Assembly (NCBI GenBank): GCA_003151475.1 | Contig: PLXQ01000018.1 | Span: 1 to 64,000, forward strand | Direction of reading: 5' to 3' | DNA: 64,000 nucleotides | Origin: Acidimicrobiaceae bacterium | GTDB lineage: Bacteria > Actinomycetota > Acidimicrobiia > Acidimicrobiales > UBA8190 | Shown here: one piece after another, positions 57,668 through 64,000 of the stretch | Numbering within the stretch: the first letter of the stretch is position 1 | Layout: every line of letters begins with the position of its first letter | Translations under genes and position numbers: made by a program | The notes under the pieces: generated by a model | Seen by the model: only the letters and a program-made list of their open reading frames with translations | Databases searched by the model: none | What the model was told of the DNA's origin: nothing

Positions 57668-59320
57668 TCAGCGTCGTTTGCGGCCGCCGGTAGTGGAGGC
57701 CCCGGTGGTGGAGGCCTCGGTCAGGAGCTCCTCGGCGTGCCTGCGGGCCGTGGCCGAGTCGGGCTGGCCGGAGAGCATCCGGGCCAGCTCCACCACCCGG
57801 GCTTCGGGTTCGAGGGAGTCGGTGATAGCCACCGTGCGCTCGCCGGTGACCTCTTTGTGGACGGCCACCTGGTGACCGGCGGAGGCGGCCACCTGCGCCA
57901 GATGGGTGACGACCAGGACCTGATGGCGCGAGGCCACCTCGGCCAGCGCCTGGCCCACGGCCAGGGCCGCCTCCCCGCCAATGCCGGCGTCCACCTCGTC
58001 GAAGACGATGGTGGGGGGCGCGTCGGTCAGCACCAGGCGCAGTGCCAGCATGGCCCGGGCGAGCTCTCCCCCCGACGCCACCTTGGCCAGCGGGAGCACG
58101 GCCTCCCCCGGGTTGGCGCCCAGGAGGAACGCCACATCCTCCCCGGGGTCGCGCTCGCCCACCGTCACCTCGAGGCGGGCCCGGGGCATGGCCAGCTTCT
58201 GCAGCCGCGCCTCGACGGCCCGGGCCAGCTTCGGCGCTCCCCTCCGGCGCGCCGCGCCCACCTCGGCTTCGACGGCGGCGAGGCGGACCTCGGCGCTGTC
58301 GAGCTCGGCCTGGAGCACCGAGGCGCGTTCCTCGACGGACTCGAGCGTTGTCACCCGTAGGCGGATCTCCTCGGCGTAGGCGAGGACGCCGGTGATCTCC
58401 TCGGCGTATTTCCTCGACAGCTCGTGCAAGAGATTGCGGCGGGTGCGGATGTCGGCCAGGCGCTCGGGGTCGTCCTCCCAGGTTTCGACGACCAGGCGGA
58501 GATCGGAGGCCACGTCGGCGGCGTCGGCTTGGAGCGCACTCAGCCGGGCCGCCAACTCGGCCAGGGGGGCCCGGCCGGCCAGGGCACCGTGGGCCAGACC
58601 GATCTGATCGAGCGCGCCGGTGGGGCCGCGCCCGGTGGACGTCGCACTGCCGCTCGCGTCTTCGGCATCGAGCGCGGCCAGGGCGGCAGCGGCGGCCTGG
58701 CGGTGGGCCGAGGCCTCGGCCAGGCGCTCCTCCTCCCGAGCGAGCGCCGCGTCCTCGTCCGGATCGGAGAGGCCGGCGCTGTCGATCTCGGAGAGCTGAT
58801 GGCGTAACAGGTCGATCTCGCGGGCCCGGGCCCGCTCGTCGCCGCCCAGGGCGTCGAGCTCGGCGGCGAGCGTACGGCAGGCCGCACGGGCGGCGATGAG
58901 GGGGTCGAGATCGATGGCGGCGAAGGCGTCGAGCGACCGGCGCTGGACGGCCGGATCGAGAAGCGACTGATGGGCGTGCTGGCCGTGGAGGTCGACCAGG
59001 CGCGCCCCGGCTTCGGCCAGCGCCGACACCGGGGCCATACGGCCGTCGATCCAGGCCCGTGACCGCCCTTTCACGGCGATGGCCCGGGCCAGGATCACCT
59101 CTTCGTCGTCGACGATGAAACGGCCCTCGACAAGGGCCTGATCGGCCCCGGGTCGCACGAGGACAGGATCGGCCCGCCCCCCGACCAGGAGCTCCAAGGC
59201 CTCTACCAGAAGGGTCTTGCCGGCACCGGTCTCACCGGTGAGCGCCGTCATGCCCGGCTCGAGATCGAGGGTGACGGATTCGATGACGCCCAGGTCCTTC
59301 ACCCGGAGTTCGACGAGCAT
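57668..59320 (-). CDS. recN: DNA repair protein RecN
   Basis: Walker A GETGAGKT and the SMC-like coiled coil. Confidence 0.95.
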   Translation of the reverse strand: MLVELRVKDLGVIESVTLDLEPGMTALTGETGAGKTLLVEALELLVGGRADPVLVRPGADQALVEGRFIVDDEEVILARAIAVKGRSRAWIDGRMAPVSALAEAGARLVDLHGQHAHQSLLDPAVQRRSLDAFAAIDLDPLIAARAACRTLAAELDALGGDERARAREIDLLRHQLSEIDSAGLSDPDEDAALAREEERLAEASAHRQAAAAALAALDAEDASGSATSTGRGPTGALDQIGLAHGALAGRAPLAELAARLSALQADAADVASDLRLVVETWEDDPERLADIRTRRNLLHELSRKYAEEITGVLAYAEEIRLRVTTLESVEERASVLQAELDSAEVRLAAVEAEVGAARRRGAPKLARAVEARLQKLAMPRARLEVTVGERDPGEDVAFLLGANPGEAVLPLAKVASGGELARAMLALRLVLTDAPPTIVFDEVDAGIGGEAALAVGQALAEVASRHQVLVVTHLAQVAASAGHQVAVHKEVTGERTVAITDSLEPEARVVELARMLSGQPDSATARRHAEELLTEASTTGASTTGGRKRR

Positions 59321-59340
59321 GGCCGACGTCGCCGGGCCGA

Positions 59341-60180
59341 TCAGCGGTCGGCCAGGTGGAACCTGGACCGCAAGATGGAGTGGAAGTCGCGGTCGCCCAG
59401 AGAGACGAGGCGCGCGTTCACCGGGCCCTCACGGCACTCGACGGCGTCGCCCGGTTGCAACTCGGTGACGCTGACGCCGTCGACCACGAGAATGCCCGGC
59501 CGCGGCGCGGCCACCTCCAGCCGGACCCACTGACGGGGCTCGAGCACGATGGTGCGGTCGAAGAGCATGTGGGCGGAGATGGGCGTCACCACGATGGCGC
59601 GGAGCAACGGGCTCAGGATCGGTCCCCGGGCCGACAGGTTGTAGGCCGTCGATCCCGTGGGGGTGCACACGAGAAGACCGTCGGCCAGGTAGGTGACGAA
59701 GGGGCGTCCGGCGATCGACGTGCTCACCCGGACGGTGTGGCCCGGCACCGTCTTCTCCACCACGGCCTCGTTCAGCACCATGAAGGGCGAGCCGGCCCCG
59801 GGCGACTGTGACCCGGCCCGGATGACCTCGATCTCGAGGGTCATACGTTCCTCGATTTCGTAGTCGCCGGCCACGAAACGCTCGAGCGCCTGTTCTAGCG
59901 CGGCGGGCTCCACTTCGGTGAGGTAACCGAGCTGGCCCAGGTTCACGCCGAGGATGGGGATGCCGTGTCCGGCGGCCATGGCCACGGTCCGGAGCATGGT
60001 GCCGTCACCGCCGAGGGAGACGGCGAGATCGACGTCGCCGTCGAGCGACCCCGGACTGCGGGCGGGATCGACCAGGCGCGTCACGGTGTGGCCGTTGGCC
60101 GTCAACCAGGCACCGGCACGCGCCGCGAGCTCCGACGCCACCTGGCGTTCGGGGTGGACCACGAAGGCGACCGAGACCAT
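59341..60180 (-). CDS. nadK: NAD+ kinase
   Basis: GGDGTML motif and NAD kinase core. Confidence 0.95.
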   Translation of the reverse strand: MVSVAFVVHPERQVASELAARAGAWLTANGHTVTRLVDPARSPGSLDGDVDLAVSLGGDGTMLRTVAMAAGHGIPILGVNLGQLGYLTEVEPAALEQALERFVAGDYEIEERMTLEIEVIRAGSQSPGAGSPFMVLNEAVVEKTVPGHTVRVSTSIAGRPFVTYLADGLLVCTPTGSTAYNLSARGPILSPLLRAIVVTPISAHMLFDRTIVLEPRQWVRLEVAAPRPGILVVDGVSVTELQPGDAVECREGPVNARLVSLGDRDFHSILRSRFHLADR

Positions 60181-60186
60181 CGGGGC

Positions 60187-61077
60187 CTACCGGTCCCCGG
60201 GGCCGGCGAACGGGCGAGCGTCGGGCGAATCCGGACCATCAGGAGGCTCGGCGGCGTCAGGGGAGGCGGCGACCGCGGCGTCGAGGACGGCGGCGATGTC
60301 GACGACGGGCGGAGCCGTGTCCCCGGCGGGGATCCCGGCCCACAGGAGGTACTCCGCGTTGCCGGCCGGACCGAGGACGGGTGAGGCCATGGCGCCCATG
60401 ATGGTCGCTCCGGCGTTCGTGAGGGCGGAGGCGACCTTCTCGAGCGCCGCCCGTCGGAGATCGGGCCGGCGGATGACACCACGGCCCCGGCTGACCTCGA
60501 TGTGGCCCACTTCGAACTGGGGCTTCACCAGAAGGAGTAGATCGGCGCCGGGGGCGGCCAGCTCACCGACCAGAAGAGGGACGACCACGGCGAGGGAGAT
60601 GAACGACAGATCGGCCACGATCAGATCGAAGCGCTCCCCCGCTTCATCGCTCGCCAGGCTGCGGATGTTCGTTCTCTCGCGGACTGTGACGCGCCGATCA
60701 GCGCGGATGCGGGGATGGAGTTGGCCGTAGCCGACGTCGACGGCCATGACCGAGGCGGCACCGCGGACGAGGAGGCAGTCGGTGAAGCCACCCGTCGAGG
60801 CGCCGGCATCGAGAGCACGGCGGCCGGCCACGGTGACGGGAAAACGCTCGAGGGCGGCATCGAGCTTGTCGCCGCCGCGCGACACGAAGCGACGGATCTT
60901 CAGGTCGACGACGATGGCATCGCTCTCGGCCACGAGGCGCGCCGGCTTGTCGGCCACCGCCCCACCGACGAGGACAGCGCCCCGGGAGACGACGTCATGG
61001 GCATGGGCCCGGGATGGCACGAGACCCCGCCGGACCAGCTCGAGATCGAGTCGGCGGCGGACGCTACGTCGAGTCAG
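60187..61077 (-). CDS. tlyA: TlyA-family rRNA (cytidine-2'-O)-methyltransferase
   Basis: S4 domain (LDLELVRRGL), FtsJ-like motif DAGASTGGFTDCLL and LVKPQFEVG. The N-terminus aligns to TlyA starting near RRRLDLELV; the only in-frame start there is CTG 61077 (CTGA overlap with the upstream stop), so the start is uncertain. The extension to 61497 in the ORF track is rejected. Confidence 0.8.
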   Translation of the reverse strand: MTRRSVRRRLDLELVRRGLVPSRAHAHDVVSRGAVLVGGAVADKPARLVAESDAIVVDLKIRRFVSRGGDKLDAALERFPVTVAGRRALDAGASTGGFTDCLLVRGAASVMAVDVGYGQLHPRIRADRRVTVRERTNIRSLASDEAGERFDLIVADLSFISLAVVVPLLVGELAAPGADLLLLVKPQFEVGHIEVSRGRGVIRRPDLRRAALEKVASALTNAGATIMGAMASPVLGPAGNAEYLLWAGIPAGDTAPPVVDIAAVLDAAVAASPDAAEPPDGPDSPDARPFAGPGDR

Positions 61078-61631
61078 GGGCGCGCCTTGCCGGTGGAAGA
61101 GGCGGCCGTCTTCTTCGCCGCCTTGGCCGTGGCCTTCTTGGCTGGAGCCTTGCGGGCGGCGGCTTTCTTGGCCGTGGTGGCCTTCGCCCCCGCCCGGGTG
61201 GTCGCGGTCTTCTTGGCCGCGGCCCTCTTGGCCGGCGACTTCTTGGTCGGAACCTTGCGCGGCGGGGCCTTCTTGGCCGTTGTGCCGCGGGGCGCCGTGC
61301 GGCCACGACCGGGTCCGCGATGGGTGGCCTTGCGGGCCGCCGTCTCGGCCCGGTCGAGGACCTCGGCCACCCGATGGGCCAGATCGTCCATGCTCGTGAT
61401 GCCCATGTCGGCCAGTTGGGTCTTCACTTCGCCGCGCACCGTCGTGAGCAGAGTGTCGGAGCGATCCCGGCTCGTCTTCACGAGATCCTCCACCCATTCC
61501 TGCGCCCGGGTGGTCTCGACCTCACCGGTCTGGATCAGCTCGTGCACGAGCTCTTCGGCCCGGGCGCGGGTGATCTGGGTCAGAGCCAATCCGGCTTCGA
61601 GATAGCGCTTGAGACTGTCATTGGCGGTCAT
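61074..61631 (-). CDS. Phasin-like protein with Lys/Ala/Pro-rich histone-H1-like C-terminal tail
   Basis: Helical N-terminal region (SLKRYLEAGLALTQITRARAEELVHELIQTGEVETTRAQEWVEDLVK) and a C-terminal KKAPPRKVPTKKSPAKRAAAKKATTTRAGAKATTAKKAAARKAPAKKATAKAAKK tail. ATG 61631 chosen; TTG 61667 is possible. Confidence 0.55.
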   Translation of the reverse strand: MTANDSLKRYLEAGLALTQITRARAEELVHELIQTGEVETTRAQEWVEDLVKTSRDRSDTLLTTVRGEVKTQLADMGITSMDDLAHRVAEVLDRAETAARKATHRGPGRGRTAPRGTTAKKAPPRKVPTKKSPAKRAAAKKTATTRAGAKATTAKKAAARKAPAKKATAKAAKKTAASSTGKARP

Positions 61632-61691
61632 GGGAGCCACGCTACGACCCGTGATGGCAGCCAGCAAGAGCGGGCGAGGGGCCGTGGGTGC

Positions 61692-62459
61692 TTATGACGA
61701 CAGGTGCCGATCGGTGACAGCGGCGAGGTCGGCGGCGTCGATCTGCGGCGCCACGGTCAACTCTTTTTCATCGGCTCCGGTCACTCCCGAGCGCACGAGG
61801 GCGAAGGGAACAGCCAGTCGTCGGGCGAGGAGTCCGTCGGTGGAGGGCCGGTCCCCCACCACCAGACTGGCGTCGGGGGCCCGGTGGCCGAGGAGGGCCA
61901 CGATGGGCTCGTGGGGCTTGCCGGCCACTACGGGTTCGCTCTGCGCGGCGGTGGCCACGGCCGCCAGCAACGCCCCGGCGCCGGGGAGCAGTCCCGTGGG
62001 CGTCGGATAGGTGGCGTCCTCATTCGTGCCCACCAGACGCGCTCCCCCGTGGACGGCGGCGGCGGCCGTGGCCAGCATGGCGAAGTCGAAGTCCCGGGTG
62101 AGGCCGACGACGACGGCATCGGCCGGGCCGCGCTCCACGACCGTCACCCCCCGGTCCGCCAGGGCCTCGTGGACGCCGGCGCCGGCGCAGACCACGGCCG
62201 TGGTGCCGGGGGCGAGCAACGACGCCGCCGCCTGGGCCGATGTGACGAGGTCGGAGGGCCCGGCTGGTATGCCGACGGCGGCCAACTGCGCCACGAGCTC
62301 GGCCAGGGTGGGCAGTGCGTTGTTGGTGGCGAAGAGCACCCCGATGCCGGCGGCGCGCAGTCGGGCGATGGCGTCAGCGGATCCGGGGATGGCCTGCTGG
62401 GCCAGCCAGATGACGCCGTCGAGATCGATCACCCAGGTGCCGCCGCCATGATCCGTCAT
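61692..62459 (-). CDS. HAD-IIA family hydrolase
   Basis: DxD motif VIDLDGVIW and the HAD-IIA (NagD-like) layout. Confidence 0.85.
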   Translation of the reverse strand: MTDHGGGTWVIDLDGVIWLAQQAIPGSADAIARLRAAGIGVLFATNNALPTLAELVAQLAAVGIPAGPSDLVTSAQAAASLLAPGTTAVVCAGAGVHEALADRGVTVVERGPADAVVVGLTRDFDFAMLATAAAAVHGGARLVGTNEDATYPTPTGLLPGAGALLAAVATAAQSEPVVAGKPHEPIVALLGHRAPDASLVVGDRPSTDGLLARRLAVPFALVRSGVTGADEKELTVAPQIDAADLAAVTDRHLSS

Positions 62460-62521
62460 GCGGCCATGTTGGCAGAGGTGTCACGAAGGTTGGCAGAGCA
62501 GTCACGACGTCGGCCGAGGAG

Positions 62522-63589
62522 TCACGAACCGAAGCTCAGTTGTTCGGGCGGCGTCGTCGCAGACGGTTGCGGGGACGGAGCCGGGATGTCACGAGGCCCG
62601 AGCGCCGGGTGCCACTGCCGCGTCGGTGGGGCCTGGGGTCGGAGGCGGACCACGGTGCGTTGCACGGGGGCAACGATCTCCGCTTGCTCGGCCTTCGGCA
62701 GATACGCACCGCGGTAGCGCCGGGTGAGGGCCGCGGCCAACGTTGGATCCTTGCCTCGCAGATCGGCCAGGAAGTGTTCCTTTACGCCTGGTCGCAGGTG
62801 CAGCGTCACCGGGGTGACCGAGACCGCTCCCGCTTCGAGACAGGCGGCCGTGACCTCCTCGAGCTGTTCGGCGGAATCCGACAGCCCGGGGATGATCGGG
62901 GCGATGAGGACACCGGTGGGGATGCCCGACTCGTTCAGTCGCCGTACGGCCTCCACGCGTTGGCGGGGGTGGGGCGTGCCCGGCTCCGTGGCCTTCCACA
63001 CCCGCGCGTCGAGTGTGCCGATCGAGAAATTGCAGCGCACTTCGGCGCGGCCGGCAGCCGCCACCAAGCGGTCGAGATCGCGCAGGATCAGGGTCGACTT
63101 GGTCAGGATGGAGAACGGATTTCCCACTTCGGCCAGGGCGTCGATGATGCCCCGGGTCAGGTGGTACTTGCCTTCGGCGCGCTGGTAGGGATCGGTATTG
63201 GTCCCCATGGCGATGACGTCACCGTTCCAGCGCGCGGAGCGCAGCTCGGCCCGCACGCGTTCGACGGCGTTGATCTTGACCACCAGGGTGCGTTCGAAGT
63301 CCTCCCCGATGCCGAGTCCCAGATACTCATGGGTGGGCCGGGCGAAACAGTAGGTACAGGCGTGGCTGCAACCCCGGTAGGCGTTGATGGTGTGGCGGAA
63401 CGGAACGCGCGACGCCTCGGGCACGGTGGAGATGATCTGCTTGGCCCGGACGTGGAGGAACTCGAGGCCCCGGTAGGCGCCGATCCCGACGTGTCGGTGG
63501 ATGAGTTCCTCCTCGGCGAACAGCGCGGCCTGGCCCCCGTCGTCGTCGGCCAACCGCCACCGGAAGTCCTTGGATCCGGGCACCGTCAC
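62522..63589 (-). CDS. Radical SAM protein, spore-photoproduct-lyase-like DNA repair family (Rv2578c-like)
   Basis: CSHACTYC (CxxxCxxC) cluster and family-typical flanks (VPFRHTINAYRGCSHACTYCFARPTHEY; MGTNTDPYQRAEGKY). Start trimmed to GTG 63589 (or 63583), immediately downstream of the SOS box; the upstream part of ORF 62522..63745 crosses an AT-rich promoter region. Confidence 0.85.
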   Translation of the reverse strand: MTVPGSKDFRWRLADDDGGQAALFAEEELIHRHVGIGAYRGLEFLHVRAKQIISTVPEASRVPFRHTINAYRGCSHACTYCFARPTHEYLGLGIGEDFERTLVVKINAVERVRAELRSARWNGDVIAMGTNTDPYQRAEGKYHLTRGIIDALAEVGNPFSILTKSTLILRDLDRLVAAAGRAEVRCNFSIGTLDARVWKATEPGTPHPRQRVEAVRRLNESGIPTGVLIAPIIPGLSDSAEQLEEVTAACLEAGAVSVTPVTLHLRPGVKEHFLADLRGKDPTLAAALTRRYRGAYLPKAEQAEIVAPVQRTVVRLRPQAPPTRQWHPALGPRDIPAPSPQPSATTPPEQLSFGS

Positions 63590-63595
63590 ATGATA

Positions 63596-63611
63596 GCGAA
63601 CATCTGTTCGA
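63596..63611. promoter_or_regulatory. LexA operator (actinobacterial Cheo/SOS box) gCGAAC-ATCT-GTTCGA
   Basis: Matches TCGAAC-N4-GTTCGA at 11 of 12 positions. It lies 7 nt upstream of the radical SAM start inside a roughly 50-bp AT-rich stretch (63611..63660) with -10-like hexamers on the minus strand (TAAATGATATAGAT). Confidence 0.6.
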
Positions 63612-63680
63612 TACTGTATCTGATCTATATCATTTATGATCGATATCTGAAGTGGTATCGCATCTCGAGCTCGAAAGCGA

Positions 63681-64000
63681 TCACGACGGAACCGAAGCAG
63701 AGCGACAGGCTCCCGGCGCCAGGGAGAACGTGACCCGAGCGGCACCGGGATCGTTCTGGAGAAGCAGGTGCGAGGCCCCGGCGGCCGACGTGATTGTCGC
63801 CCCTGTGGCCGTGGCGCAGTAGCCGTCGGGGTACCGGGCCGGTGCCGTCATCACGACCGTCGGAGCGGCAATGGCCGGGTCGACCTCGTAGCCAAGGGTG
63901 AAGGTCCTCGTAGCCGGGTCGAAGGCCGTCTCCGTCGGATCACCGGCGATCGCCTCGGCGTAGGGGGTGGCCAGGGCGGCCATCTGGGGCAGAAGCCGGG
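63681..64000 (-). CDS. Hypothetical protein, 3'-terminal fragment (gene continues beyond window end)
   Basis: Open minus-strand frame ending at 63681 (...CATATGATITSAAGASHLLLQNDPGAARVTFSLAPGACRSASVPS*); no homology recognised. Confidence 0.3.
   Translation of the reverse strand, partial: RLLPQMAALATPYAEAIAGDPTETAFDPATRTFTLGYEVDPAIAAPTVVMTAPARYPDGYCATATGATITSAAGASHLLLQNDPGAARVTFSLAPGACRSASVPS

Noticed and set aside
61078-61497. Upstream extension of the tlyA ORF
   Set aside because: Overlaps the phasin-like gene in another frame. TlyA homology starts at RRRLDLELV.
63590-63745. Long N-terminal extension of the radical SAM ORF (start at 63745)
   Set aside because: It would read through the 35%-GC promoter-like stretch and the LexA box. 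Family homology begins at VTVPGSKDF, so the GTG at 63589 was preferred.

Overview
This window is a 70%-GC actinobacterial chromosome segment. The lineage call rests on a SigK/RskA-type ECF pair, mycothiol-type detox genes, and the tlyA-nadK-recN-pyrG-nudix-xerD-scpAB-trpS synteny. It is densely coding, with GTG/TTG starts and many 4-nt ATGA/GTGA stop-start overlaps. The housekeeping backbone comprises htrA-like protease, tatA, gcvT-gcvPA-gcvPB, der, ispH, cmk, plsC, aroA, tyrA, rluB, scpA/scpB, trpS, xerD, pyrG, recN, nadK and tlyA. Five accessory segments are embedded in it.

1. A tRNA-Pro(GGG) gene is followed by two tandem partial copies of its 3' half. These bracket two degenerate, lower-GC islets; one carries an FkbM methyltransferase and no integrase survives.
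2. A co-oriented cell-surface cluster on the minus strand encodes an LAxTG sortase substrate, flotillin plus an NfeD-like protein, and a 926-aa secreted protein made of two tandem CSLREA/beta-helix/choice-of-anchor-Q modules. Its C-terminal roughly 70-aa Ig-like domain is shared with a separate Kelch-Ig secreted protein.
3. That Kelch protein is divergently paired with an XRE regulator across an intergenic region holding an 8-bp x5 tandem repeat.
4. An ispH-MFS-HD-GT2-YfhO-like five-gene operon looks like a lipid-linked glycosylation system.
5. A 50-bp AT-rich patch with a near-perfect LexA Cheo box lies upstream of an SPL-like radical SAM gene.

Short in-frame tandem repeats of 15-18 bp sit at the ends of several genes (aroA/tyrA junction, nudix, ispH, rskA). 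No CRISPR array and no rRNA gene were seen. Many long ORFs in the supplied track are alternate-frame artefacts of GC-rich coding DNA and were rejected.
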